Below the pieces are notes generated by a model. That model ran no database searches and was not told where the DNA came from. It worked only from the letters and a program-made list of their open reading frames with translations. The position numbers and the translations under genes were made by a program. Below are positions 27,933 through 37,902 of a stretch of DNA of 64,000 bases, in pieces; position 1 is the first letter of the stretch; every line of letters begins with the position of its first letter. Origin of the DNA: Desulfobacteraceae bacterium (GTDB taxonomy: Bacteria > Desulfobacterota > Desulfobacteria > Desulfobacterales > JAABSP01); assembly GCA_011389855.1 (NCBI GenBank), contig JAABTM010000003.1:6-64005 (forward strand), given 5' to 3'.

Positions 27933-29660
27933 GTGCGAATTACGGTCGCCGCAACCTCCGGCTTCTGCATGGGCGTACGCCGGGCCGTCGAAATGGTGCT
28001 GGACGCTCCCGGCAAACACAAGACGCCGATCTATACCTACGGCCCCCTCATCCACAATCCCCAGGTTCTCTCGCTCCTGGAAGAAAAGGGGATTACGGCC
28101 CTGACCGAGATCCCCGGGTCGGGAACGGGGACCGTTCTCATCCGGGCCCACGGGGTGCCGCCGGAAGCGGCGGTCCGGCTGGAAGAGGCCGGGTTCACGG
28201 TGATCGACGCCACCTGCCCCCGGGTGATCAAGGTGCAGCGGATCATCCGGAAGCACGCCGACCGGGGGGACGACGTGATCATCGTCGGCGACGCGGACCA
28301 TCCCGAGGTCATCGGGTTGATGGGGCACGCCGACGGACGGGGCCATGTGGCGGGAAGCATGGCGGCCCTGGAAGCCCTTCCGGCGTTCGACAGGGCCATC
28401 ATCGTGGCCCAGACCACCCAGAACACCCGGTTTTTCGAAACCGTGAAGGCGTGGGCCGCCGAGACCCATCCCCATTACCGGATCTTCGACACCATCTGCG
28501 ATTCCACCGAAAAGCGGCAGGCGGAGGTGAAGCGGCTCGCCGAATCGGTGGACGCCCTGGTGGTGGTGGGGGGGCGGAACAGCGGCAACACCCGGCGCCT
28601 GGCCGACATCGCCAAAGCCTCGGGCAGGACCGCCGTCCATGTGGAGACTGAATCGGAGCTGGACCCGGAGGTTCTGTCCGACGCCCGAAGCATCGGGATC
28701 ACCGCCGGGGCCTCGACCCCCAACTGGATTATCCGCCGGATCTACCGGACCCTGGAGGTCCTGCCCTACAGCCGGAAAAAGAAAAGCTGGCGGGGCGGCC
28801 TCTTCAAGGTCCAGCACGCCCTGTTGCTGACCAACATCTATGTGGCCCTGGGGGCGGGATGCCTCTGCTACGCCTGCACCCGGCTCCAGAAGATCCCCGA
28901 GCCGGCCCCATACATCGTCATCGCCGTGCTCTACGTCCTGTCCATGCACATCTTCAACCACCTGACGGGACGGGAGGAGGACCGGTACAACGATCCGGAC
29001 CGGGCCCGGTTCTACGAGACCCACAAACGGTTTCTGGCGACCCTGGGGGTGGCGGCGGGCGCGGCCGGCCTTCTGACCGCCTTCGCGGTGGGGCCGATTC
29101 CTTTTTTGTCCCTCCTGGTCATGAGCCTCATGGGGCTTTCCTACAATATCCGATTTTTCCCGGATGGCAAGTATCGAAGGATCCGCGATATCCCAGGCTC
29201 CAAGACCATCCTCATCGCCCTGGCCTGGGGCGTCGTCACCTCCGTTTTTCCGCCGCTTTCCGCCCGGGGCGGCATGGGCGCCGGCGCCGTCCTGGTGTTT
29301 CTGGCGGCCGCCGGCATGGTGTTTATCCGAACGGCCTTTTTCGACCTCCTCGACATGCAGGGGGACCGGATCGTGGGTAAGGAGACCATCCCCATCATCC
29401 TGGGAGAGAAGCGGAGCCTGAAGCTGCTCAAGCGGCTGACAGGGGCCGCGGCCCTCATGTTCGCGCTGCCGGCCTTTATGGGGTGGGCGCCGGGGCTCGG
29501 GCCTCTCCTAACCCTCTGCCCGGCGTTTTTTTACATTGTCATGCGGGCCCACGAGCGGGGGTGCATGCTCCCGGGCATTCGCCTGGAGTTCCTGGTGGAA
29601 AGCCATTTCATCCTCTTCGGCCTGCTCACCCTGTTTTGGTCCATGGCGGTCGGGGGATAG
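27933..29660 (+). CDS. ispH: IspH (HMBPP reductase) fused to a C-terminal UbiA-superfamily prenyltransferase domain
   Basis: The N-terminal ~285 aa are IspH (GFCMGVRRAVE, DATCPRV, RNSGNTRRL, GITAGASTP). The C-terminal ~290 aa have multiple TM helices and Asp-rich motifs NHLTGREEDRYND and FFDLLDMQGDRIVGKETIP. Confidence 0.85.
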   Translation: MRITVAATSGFCMGVRRAVEMVLDAPGKHKTPIYTYGPLIHNPQVLSLLEEKGITALTEIPGSGTGTVLIRAHGVPPEAAVRLEEAGFTVIDATCPRVIKVQRIIRKHADRGDDVIIVGDADHPEVIGLMGHADGRGHVAGSMAALEALPAFDRAIIVAQTTQNTRFFETVKAWAAETHPHYRIFDTICDSTEKRQAEVKRLAESVDALVVVGGRNSGNTRRLADIAKASGRTAVHVETESELDPEVLSDARSIGITAGASTPNWIIRRIYRTLEVLPYSRKKKSWRGGLFKVQHALLLTNIYVALGAGCLCYACTRLQKIPEPAPYIVIAVLYVLSMHIFNHLTGREEDRYNDPDRARFYETHKRFLATLGVAAGAAGLLTAFAVGPIPFLSLLVMSLMGLSYNIRFFPDGKYRRIRDIPGSKTILIALAWGVVTSVFPPLSARGGMGAGAVLVFLAAAGMVFIRTAFFDLLDMQGDRIVGKETIPIILGEKRSLKLLKRLTGAAALMFALPAFMGWAPGLGPLLTLCPAFFYIVMRAHERGCMLPGIRLEFLVESHFILFGLLTLFWSMAVGG

Positions 29661-29688
29661 CGACGGGGCTTTAGAGGCGGCGGCCGGT

Positions 29689-30297
29689 TCAGAACCTCGG
29701 CTCCGTTCCGGCCATCAGACGCCGGACGTTCTCCTTGTGGCGGATGAAGATGAGCGCCGCCGCTATCCCGGCGCAGATCGTCAGGGGGCCTGAGCCCAGG
29801 GCCTCCCAGATCGCCAGGGGCAAAAACGCCGACGCCGCCAGGGAGGCGGCGGAAACCCGGCTCGTCATGCAGGCGAAGAGGATGAAGACCAACAGGGCCG
29901 CGACCACGCCCCCCGGCGAGAGGGCCAGAAAGCACCCCGCCGCGGTGGCCACCCCTTTTCCCCCTTCCCGCCCTTTCAGGTAGAGCGGGAAGAGGTGGCC
30001 CATAAAAGCGCACAGGGCCGCCAGACCGACGGACCACTGATCCGCGGGAGTCGCGAGCCCGATGACCCGAACCGCCAGCAGAACCGGGACCGTCCCCTTG
30101 AGAACGTCCCCCGCCAGCGTCAACACCCCCAGCGGGGTTCCGGCCACCCGGCGCACATTGGTGGCGCCGATGTTCCGGCTTCCTTCCCGGCGGATATCCA
30201 CCGAAGTGAACAGCCGGGTCCAGACAATTCCCCAGGGTATGGAGCCCAACAGGTAGCCGAGAATGGCCAGCGCCGCGACCGTGATAATTTGCGCCAT
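29689..30297 (-). CDS. plsY: Glycerol-3-phosphate acyltransferase PlsY
   Basis: LGYLLGSIPWGIV...GSRNIGATNVRR...D.LKG. Start trimmed to ATG 30297. Confidence 0.93.
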   Translation of the reverse strand: MAQIITVAALAILGYLLGSIPWGIVWTRLFTSVDIRREGSRNIGATNVRRVAGTPLGVLTLAGDVLKGTVPVLLAVRVIGLATPADQWSVGLAALCAFMGHLFPLYLKGREGGKGVATAAGCFLALSPGGVVAALLVFILFACMTSRVSAASLAASAFLPLAIWEALGSGPLTICAGIAAALIFIRHKENVRRLMAGTEPRF

Positions 30298-30359
30298 GAG
30301 GATTCCTTTCATGGACGGTTGTTTTATAAAAGTGCTTTTAACCCAACCGTAGGTCCGAT

Positions 30360-32378
30360 ATGCCGGTTTTACCCTCAAAATGGACGGCGCTTCAACCCCG
30401 AATCCGCCCCCGGACGCTTTTCCCGCCGGCGGTCACCGTCGTGCTGCTCTATCTGACAGGCCGGTTCAACTACCTGCTCTTCCACAGCATCGCCGAGATT
30501 TTCAGCATCGTCATCGCCAGCGCGGTTTTCATGATTTCATGGAATTCCAGGGAATTGACAAAGACCCCATCCCTGGTGTATCTGGGGATCGCGTATCTGT
30601 TCATCGGCATCCTCGATCTCTTTCATACCCTTTCCTACAAGGGAATGGCGATATTCACGGACTACGATTTTTACGCCAACCAGGTCTGGATCGCGGCCCG
30701 GTACCTGGAGAGCCTGACCCTGCTCTTCTTTTTCACCTTTGTCGGCACCCGCAAGCGGATCCCTTTCCACGCGGTCTTTTTGGGCTACGCTTTTTTGACC
30801 GCGACCCTGCTGGCCGCCATCTTCTACTGGCGGATTTTCCCGGTCTGTTTCGTGGAAGGGGAGGGGCTGACCCCGTTCAAAAAGATCAGCGAATACATCA
30901 TCTGCCTGATCCTGGCGGGGGCCCTGGTCGCGGCCCATAAAAACCGCCGCGGCATGGGGGAGGCGGTCTACCGGCTGCTGGCGGGGTCCATTCTCCTGAC
31001 CATCGGCGGCGAGCTGGCCTTTACCTTTTATATCAGCAACTACGGGTTCTCCAACCTGGTCGGCCACCTGCTCAAGATCGGGTCGTTTTACCTGGTTTAC
31101 AAAGCGATCATCGAGACCGGCCTCAAAAACCCCTTCGATGTGATTTTCAGGAAGCTGGCCGAAAGCGAAGAACGCTACCGGAGCCTTTTCAACATGGCCC
31201 TGGTGGGCATCTTCCGCACCAGCATGGACGGGGAAAAGGTTCTGGCGGCCAACCCCGCGGCAGCGGCTATTTTTGGATACGACAGCGTCCAGGAGTTGAT
31301 CGCGGGGTTTGTCCCCAAAGCGTGCTGGGCCGATCCGGATCAGCGGAACCGCTTTATGGCCCGCATCCAGAAGGGAGAGCATGTGGATCATTTCGAAGCC
31401 GTGGTGCTGGACCGGGACGGCATCCGGAAGCATGTGGCGTTGAACGCGGCCGCGAATCACCGGGCCGGTTACGTGGAAGGGGCCGTCCTGGACATCACCG
31501 AATCGGTGGAAAACAAACGGCGCATGGCCGACGCCGCCGAGCAGACGGCCCTGCAACGGGGCAAGATCGAGATGGCCGGCAGCGTTCTCCACGACATCGG
31601 CAACGCCGTCACCGGACTGGGAACCCGGGTGTCCCGGATTCTGGGGGAAGGGGACTGGGTGGAGATCGAGGAGCTGGGCAACCTCCAGGAGATGGCGCGG
31701 CGGAAAGGATCCGCCCTGGCGGAGGCCCTGGGGCCCGGCAAGGACGAGGCCCTGATCGCCTTTCTCCGGGAACTGCGGCAAAGCCTGACGGACCGGCGCC
31801 GGCATCTCCAGGACGATTGCGCGGCCATGTCCCGAACCGTGAGCCACATCAACGAAATTCTTCACCTCCAGCGGCGATACGCCGCGGAGGGCGGCGCGGG
31901 TCGCCGATCCCTGGACATGATCGAACTGGTGGAAGACGCCCTGGCCATGACGTCGGCCGGATTGCAGAAACGGGCCATTGCCATGGAGCGGCGGTTCCAC
32001 CGCCCGCTGCCCCCGGTATCCGGGGACCGGACCCGGTTGATCCAGGTGCTCATCAACCTGTTGAAAAATAGATCGGAAGAGTTCGACGTCTGCGACCGGA
32101 AGGAGGGCCGACGACTGACCCTCGACATCGGCGCGACGGAGGACGGCGCCGTCCGGATCGCCATTCGGGACAACGCCGGGGGATTCGGCCGGGAACTGGG
32201 GGAGCGCCTTTTCGAACGGGGATTCAGCACGAAAAACCGGTCGTCGGGGATGGGGCTCCACCAGTGCCGGGGCATCGTCGTCTCCCACGGCGGCGTTCTC
32301 CGGATCGAGTCGGCCGGCGTGGGCAAAGGCGCGACCGCCATCTTTGAACTGCCGGGCATAAAGGAGGCGACCCCATGA
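30360..32378 (+). CDS. Sensor histidine kinase (MASE3-like membrane domain, PAS, HK)
   Basis: N-terminal polytopic region with FHSIAEIFSIVIASAVFMISWNS. PAS region (YRSLFNMALVGIFRTSMDG). H-box VLHDIGNAVTG and an HATPase_c with GMGLHQC. Confidence 0.85.
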   Translation: MPVLPSKWTALQPRIRPRTLFPPAVTVVLLYLTGRFNYLLFHSIAEIFSIVIASAVFMISWNSRELTKTPSLVYLGIAYLFIGILDLFHTLSYKGMAIFTDYDFYANQVWIAARYLESLTLLFFFTFVGTRKRIPFHAVFLGYAFLTATLLAAIFYWRIFPVCFVEGEGLTPFKKISEYIICLILAGALVAAHKNRRGMGEAVYRLLAGSILLTIGGELAFTFYISNYGFSNLVGHLLKIGSFYLVYKAIIETGLKNPFDVIFRKLAESEERYRSLFNMALVGIFRTSMDGEKVLAANPAAAAIFGYDSVQELIAGFVPKACWADPDQRNRFMARIQKGEHVDHFEAVVLDRDGIRKHVALNAAANHRAGYVEGAVLDITESVENKRRMADAAEQTALQRGKIEMAGSVLHDIGNAVTGLGTRVSRILGEGDWVEIEELGNLQEMARRKGSALAEALGPGKDEALIAFLRELRQSLTDRRRHLQDDCAAMSRTVSHINEILHLQRRYAAEGGAGRRSLDMIELVEDALAMTSAGLQKRAIAMERRFHRPLPPVSGDRTRLIQVLINLLKNRSEEFDVCDRKEGRRLTLDIGATEDGAVRIAIRDNAGGFGRELGERLFERGFSTKNRSSGMGLHQCRGIVVSHGGVLRIESAGVGKGATAIFELPGIKEATP

Positions 32379-33919
32379 AGCATACGGCAAAGGAACCGTT
32401 CAACAACCGGGTGCTGGTGATCGACGACGAGGAGACCATCCGGGACAGTTTCCGGGAAATCCTCATCCCCCGCAAACGGGATGTCCGGGGTCTGGAACGG
32501 GCCAGCAGCGATCTGTTCGGCGATGGTCCGGCCCCGGCCCGAAGCCGCCATGCCGCGGCCCTGATGGAATTCGATCTGACCGAAGCGGCCGCCGGCCCCG
32601 AAGGGCTGGAAAAGGTCCGGGACGCCATGGCGGCGGACGCGCCTTTCGCCGCCATCTTCGTGGACATGCGAATGCCGGGCTGGGACGGGCTGAAGACCGT
32701 GGAGAAGATCCGGGAAATCGACGTCCGGGCCGAGATCGTCTTTGTCACCGCCTACAGCGACTTCGACATCGACGAGGTGGTCCGGCGGGCCGGGATGAAC
32801 GTCAGCTACCACTGCAAACCCTTTTCGGTGGAGGAGATCCAGCAGATCGCCACCAAGGCGGTTTACGAATGGAACAAGGCCCGCAACCTGGAATCGCTCA
32901 TCGAGACGATCTCCCATTTCCGGGCCCGCCGGTGGGAACCGGACATTCTCCTCGAGAACATCCTCCAGCAGGCGGCGGAGATCCTCCATGTCGATTCCGC
33001 CATGTTGACGGAAACGGATGGAACCACCGGCGGGCGCCGGCGCATCATGGGCATCGGGAAGCTGTCGGACGGGGCGGACATCCGGACGGATGAATATGCG
33101 GTTTTCAAGGTGGGGCGATACGACCTCCTGACCCTCATGGAGGCCGATGGGCCGTCCCTGGACCGGGAGCGGGTCTACCTGCTGCGGCTATTCCTGGAGC
33201 AGGCGGCGCTGGCCATCGAAAACGTCGATCTCCAGGAGAAAGTGATCCGGCAGGAGAAGCTATCCGCCGTGGGACAGGCCATCAGCATGGTGGCCCACGA
33301 CCTGCGGGGCCCCATCGGCGGCATTTGCCAGGGCATTCAGCTTTTGGAGACCATGGATCCGGACCCGGAACTGCTGCGGGAGATGCACGGGATGATGCTC
33401 AAAGAAGCCCAACACTCCCTGACCCTCGTCGGCGACATCCTGGACTTCACCCGAAACGCGGCCCTGAAAAAGGCGCCGGTGGATATGGAATTGATGATCG
33501 GCGTCCTGAAAGAAGAATCTTCGGCGGCGCTCTCTGAAACAGGCGTTTCCTTCCAGGTGAGCGGAGACGATGCCTTTGAATTTCAGGCGGACAATAGCAA
33601 GGTCCGGCGCATCCTGCTCAACCTGATCCGTAACGCCGCCGAGGCCCTCCATGACGCCAAAACGCCGGCGCCCCGCATCGATCTGACCATCCGGCGCGAC
33701 GGGGAGGCGGTCCTGTTCCAGGTTTCGGACAACGGTCCCGGGGTTCCGGAAGCGATTCGCGACAACCTTTTCGTCCCCTTTGTCACGGGCGGAAAACGCG
33801 GCGGCACGGGTTTGGGGCTGGCCATCGTCGAGCAGTTCGCGGCGGCCCACGGCGGGGCCGTCGATTATCGGTCCTCGCCAGAGGGGACCGTGTTCACAGT
33901 CCGGCTGCCCATGGCCTAG
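32375..33919 (+). CDS. Hybrid response-regulator receiver / GAF-like / histidine kinase
   Basis: REC domain (VLVIDDEETIRDSF...FVDMRMPGWDGL..VTAY), H-box SMVAHDLRGPI and an ATPase with GGTGLGLAIV. The start overlaps the upstream kinase stop (ATGA). Confidence 0.85.
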   Translation: MKHTAKEPFNNRVLVIDDEETIRDSFREILIPRKRDVRGLERASSDLFGDGPAPARSRHAAALMEFDLTEAAAGPEGLEKVRDAMAADAPFAAIFVDMRMPGWDGLKTVEKIREIDVRAEIVFVTAYSDFDIDEVVRRAGMNVSYHCKPFSVEEIQQIATKAVYEWNKARNLESLIETISHFRARRWEPDILLENILQQAAEILHVDSAMLTETDGTTGGRRRIMGIGKLSDGADIRTDEYAVFKVGRYDLLTLMEADGPSLDRERVYLLRLFLEQAALAIENVDLQEKVIRQEKLSAVGQAISMVAHDLRGPIGGICQGIQLLETMDPDPELLREMHGMMLKEAQHSLTLVGDILDFTRNAALKKAPVDMELMIGVLKEESSAALSETGVSFQVSGDDAFEFQADNSKVRRILLNLIRNAAEALHDAKTPAPRIDLTIRRDGEAVLFQVSDNGPGVPEAIRDNLFVPFVTGGKRGGTGLGLAIVEQFAAAHGGAVDYRSSPEGTVFTVRLPMA

Positions 33920-33930
33920 CGGGCGCCCCG

Positions 33931-36681
33931 CTATTCGGCGGGCGCCGCCTCTGTTGCTTCCGGTCCTTCCGCCTCCTCGGGCTCCTCCGCCGCCTCGGCC
34001 TCCGCCTCCATTGGCGATTCGTGCGGCCGGGAAGTTTGTTCCAGAAGCTTCTTGTCCGACTGTAGCTTCACCCGGGCTTCGAGCTTGCGGAAGCCCTCCT
34101 CGATGCTGGTCGACATCTCCACCAGGGTGCCCTGGCTGATGATGACCCGGATGAGCTGGGGGATCTGGGTCCGGGCCGTAGACGTCAGATAGACCGGTTG
34201 TATGTAGAGGAGGGCGTTGCCTACCGGTAAGATGATCATCCGGCCCCGGTTGATTTTGGATCCCTGCTGATCCCACAGACTCATTTCCTGGGCAATCCGG
34301 TCGTCGTTGTCGATCAGGGAGCTGACCTGGGCCGGTCCGTAAATCTGCTGGCCCTTGGGGAAGTTGTATGTGACGATCCTGCCGTAATTGTCCTCGTCGC
34401 AGCCGACGACCATCAAAGACCGCAGGTTGTCCCGGCCGATGGGACTCATGGGGGACAGGAGCATGAATTCATGCTTTCTATCTCTAAAGAGATTGATGGT
34501 CATGTAGTAAGATCTTTGCAGATCGGTTTCCACGCCGGCGAACTCCCAATGGTCCTCCTGGTGGTAGAAGCGGTCGGAGGTTTTCTGGTGGTATTTCCTG
34601 AACACGCTCATCTGAATCTCGAACATGCCTTTCGGGTAGCGCAAATGTTGCCTGACATCCTCATTCATCTCGCTCATGGGCGAGAACAACCCCGGATAGA
34701 TGCGGGAATAGGCCCGGATAATGGGGTCTTTGGGATCGAAGAGATAGAATTTTATATCTCCGTGATAGGCGTCCACTACGATTTTGACCGAGTTGCGGAT
34801 ATAATTGATCTGCTCCGATTCGTAATGCTGGTCTGTGTAGAAGCCGGTGTATGGATAGAGATAGGATGCGGTATAGGCGTCCTGTATCCAGAAGAACCGG
34901 TCTTTGTCCGCCACGATGTAGGGGTCGCCGTCCAGCAGCAGAAAGGGCGCCAGGTCTTTGATGGCTGTCTGGATGTTCCGGCGAATAAGAATCCGGCTAT
35001 CCTCGTTGGTTTTGGTTGTGAAAAAGATGTTTTTTTCCCTGAAATAGAGGGCGAAGATCGCTTTTTTGATCAGATTGGCCATGGGGATGCCGCCGCGGCC
35101 CTCGTAATGCGTAACAGTGTTGTTGTCCTGCTGCGGATAGTCGATCTCTCCCTGTTCGTTGGGCGCAATGGCGTACTGATATTTCTCCATGCCGAAATAG
35201 ATGCCCGGCCGGGATACATTGTAGGGAAGCTCCGACTGGAGCGGAAGGTTTCGGATAAACCATTCCATATCGGCATCGCCGCTCTGGGCCGCGGGACTCA
35301 TGACCACGCCGTACCCATGGGTGTACTGGAGGCGTCGGTTGATCCAGCTCTGGGAGGTGGCCGGCAGCCTCCGTGTGCTGATCTCCCGCGCCGCTATGTT
35401 CACCTGCTGATAGATGCCGTTGACGGTGTACCGGTCCACATCCACGCCGGGGAATGAATAATAGGGGCGGATGCCCTGTCGCTGTTCGTAGACTTTTCCC
35501 AGCATATCCCGATCCCAGACCGGGATGTTCCTAAGGTTTTTCTGGAGGTAAATGTCCTCGGCGACGAGTTGCATCACCGGCTTGATGTCATATTGGCGTT
35601 CTTCCACTTCTGCAAGGTTGAAGGCGTCCAGCGTGGCGTCGATGTTGTACTGGATATACGGCGCCTGGCGGACCATCTCGTTGGGTATGACGATGAACTG
35701 GTTGATCATTCTGGTAATGAACGGGATGCGTTCCAGCCCGAGGACCAGGACAAAGGCGATGGCCAGGCCCACAAACAACTTGCCGCCCCTCCGGAAATGG
35801 ATGAATCGGATGAACGCCAGCGAGGCGAGGGTGAAGAACAGAATTTTGAGATAGATCATCGGCAGGTTGAACCGCATATCCACGAAACCGGGGCCGAAGA
35901 AGACGGAGGCGGGATCATCCCGGTAGAGCAGACCGTATTTCTGGAGGAAATAGCCCCACACCTGGATTCCCAGCACGATGAGCACCAGGATGGTGAGATG
36001 GATCAACGCGCCCGCGGCCAGTTTCTGATCCTTTTTATCGAGGAGACGGTTTTCGAGCCAGTAGAGGCATAGCACGCCCAGAAACAGGATGGCGAAGATG
36101 ACGAGCAGTTGTTTCTGGATCAGCGTGTAGATGGGATAGGAAAAGAGGTAGAAGGAGATGTCGAGGCCGTAAAATGGATCCGTCAGGTGCTTGCCGATGC
36201 TCTCCGTGGACGGGGCGAAGAGATACAGAAGGGTTCGTTCCCAGATCCGGCACAGGGGAATGGCCACCAGGATGGCCAGCACCACTGAAAGCGGGGTGTA
36301 AAGCCGCATGGAGCCGGTTCGGAACAGTTTGACGATGTCCCGCCGGTCCGGTTCCTGGGCGCCTTTGCCGCTTTTTTCCACTGTTTCCGTGTTGCCCAGA
36401 AATTGGGAAGCGATCCGGAAGTTGAGAAAAAAGAGGAAAAAAAAGACCACGGTCACGACCAGAAATACGAGGAATGGATAGATCAGTCGCTGAAAGAAAT
36501 AGAGGGTATGCTCCAGGGAGGAGAACCACCAGTAATCGACGATGATTTCCAGCGTCGTCCGGCGGGTCAGCAGATAGCCGATCCCTGCCAGAAAAGCCAA
36601 TATGGCGAGAATCCACAGCCACTTCTTCAATCTTCGCATGCGTTTCCTCCTCGCGTATGGGGGGTGAGGGCGATCATTCAA
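33931..36681 (-). CDS. UPF0182-family large membrane protein
   Basis: About 900 aa with N-terminal multi-TM helices, VDYWWFSSL near the N-terminus, and a long conserved soluble C-terminal region. Recognised by overall pattern only. Confidence 0.7.
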   Translation of the reverse strand: MNDRPHPPYARRKRMRRLKKWLWILAILAFLAGIGYLLTRRTTLEIIVDYWWFSSLEHTLYFFQRLIYPFLVFLVVTVVFFFLFFLNFRIASQFLGNTETVEKSGKGAQEPDRRDIVKLFRTGSMRLYTPLSVVLAILVAIPLCRIWERTLLYLFAPSTESIGKHLTDPFYGLDISFYLFSYPIYTLIQKQLLVIFAILFLGVLCLYWLENRLLDKKDQKLAAGALIHLTILVLIVLGIQVWGYFLQKYGLLYRDDPASVFFGPGFVDMRFNLPMIYLKILFFTLASLAFIRFIHFRRGGKLFVGLAIAFVLVLGLERIPFITRMINQFIVIPNEMVRQAPYIQYNIDATLDAFNLAEVEERQYDIKPVMQLVAEDIYLQKNLRNIPVWDRDMLGKVYEQRQGIRPYYSFPGVDVDRYTVNGIYQQVNIAAREISTRRLPATSQSWINRRLQYTHGYGVVMSPAAQSGDADMEWFIRNLPLQSELPYNVSRPGIYFGMEKYQYAIAPNEQGEIDYPQQDNNTVTHYEGRGGIPMANLIKKAIFALYFREKNIFFTTKTNEDSRILIRRNIQTAIKDLAPFLLLDGDPYIVADKDRFFWIQDAYTASYLYPYTGFYTDQHYESEQINYIRNSVKIVVDAYHGDIKFYLFDPKDPIIRAYSRIYPGLFSPMSEMNEDVRQHLRYPKGMFEIQMSVFRKYHQKTSDRFYHQEDHWEFAGVETDLQRSYYMTINLFRDRKHEFMLLSPMSPIGRDNLRSLMVVGCDEDNYGRIVTYNFPKGQQIYGPAQVSSLIDNDDRIAQEMSLWDQQGSKINRGRMIILPVGNALLYIQPVYLTSTARTQIPQLIRVIISQGTLVEMSTSIEEGFRKLEARVKLQSDKKLLEQTSRPHESPMEAEAEAAEEPEEAEGPEATEAAPAE

Positions 36682-36780
36682 AAATGATGATAAAAATCAG
36701 ACTTATCCTAACAGAGGTCGCCGGTATTTTCAAGCAGGTTTCGCGGGATGATCGCCGATCTCGTCCGGATGGGCGGGCCG

Positions 36781-37659
36781 TCACGACGTCCGGGGCGGGA
36801 GGGACAGCCGCCGCCCGTAAAGGCGACCGACGAGACGGACCATCAGCCAGAGAAAAAAGACCGGCAGGATCACGGTCTGGAGGAGGAAAACGGTGATCAG
36901 CGTCACCATGAAACTCCCGTAGTCCGAGAGTTTTTCCTTCAGGGCCGCGACGGTCTCCCGGATCTTGACCGAGCCCATGAGCCGGTCGATGTACCCCCGG
37001 TCGGCCTCCTTCCGGGCTATGCCCGCATCGGCGATCTCCTTGTTGACGGCTTCCAGGGAGCGGATGCTCTCTTCGTATTTTTCCTTTAAAAAATGGTTGT
37101 AGATCTCTTCGTTCACCAGGGCCAGGGCCGGCAGACAGAACCGGATAATGAGGGCGACCACGACCAGCCGGGTTCCGGCGATGCGGATATCGAAGCGGCC
37201 CCATCGGCGACGCCAGACCCCCGCCAGCAGCAGCAGCATGGCGACCGGCAAAAGAAAGCGCAGGCCGGCCCAGGCCCCCAGCTCCATGAGAAAGGTCTGG
37301 ACCCCCAGGGCGGTGGTGGAGACCAGCATGACCCAGGAAAACCGTTCCACCAGATCGTTGACCGGGTCCAGGATCTCCCCCAACGCCAGGTTGACCCCCA
37401 CGCCGGCCGGGGAAAAGGCCACGTCGGTTCCCTGGGCCACGGAGATGAGGCCGTTGATGCCCCGCACCACTCCATAGGTGTAGACGGATCGGCGCAGGGT
37501 TTCGGCGTAGTAGGCGTCCCCCTTTTCGTCCAGGATCCGGGCGCCGGGCAGGGCCAGCAGGCGATCAAAGACCGAAAAAAAGCCCAGAAGGCCCAAGGTG
37601 ACGATCAGCGCGCTCCGTATCCATCTGGATCGGCGCGGCAATGAGAAAACAGGTGTCAT
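36781..37659 (-). CDS. Hypothetical membrane protein
   Basis: A 292-aa ORF with several predicted TM helices and a central coiled segment. No family recognised. Confidence 0.55.
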   Translation of the reverse strand: MTPVFSLPRRSRWIRSALIVTLGLLGFFSVFDRLLALPGARILDEKGDAYYAETLRRSVYTYGVVRGINGLISVAQGTDVAFSPAGVGVNLALGEILDPVNDLVERFSWVMLVSTTALGVQTFLMELGAWAGLRFLLPVAMLLLLAGVWRRRWGRFDIRIAGTRLVVVALIIRFCLPALALVNEEIYNHFLKEKYEESIRSLEAVNKEIADAGIARKEADRGYIDRLMGSVKIRETVAALKEKLSDYGSFMVTLITVFLLQTVILPVFFLWLMVRLVGRLYGRRLSLPPRTS

Positions 37660-37810
37660 GATTCCTCCGCCCGTTGTGGGTTCGCGTCGTTGCGTTCATC
37701 CCTTATCGGATCGATGGGCCGAGGACTGCTCGCCTCCGTTGGCCACCTGGAATAGGTAGTACGGCGGCGGGAAAAATTCAATCGATTTCCACCTTTTTTC
37801 TTTTCTATAC

Positions 37811-37840
37811 TTGATTCCGTTCCGAGTTTCGCTTTATGAT
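37811..37840 (+). promoter_or_regulatory. Possible sigma-70 promoter for the 37903 operon
   Basis: TTGATT (37811-37816), an 18-nt spacer, then TATGAT (37835-37840). Confidence 0.3.
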
Positions 37841-37902
37841 GGCGAAGCGTTTTCGAACCGGATCGAAAAGGTCCGGTAGGGTGACAGGAAGGAGGGATCG
37901 AC

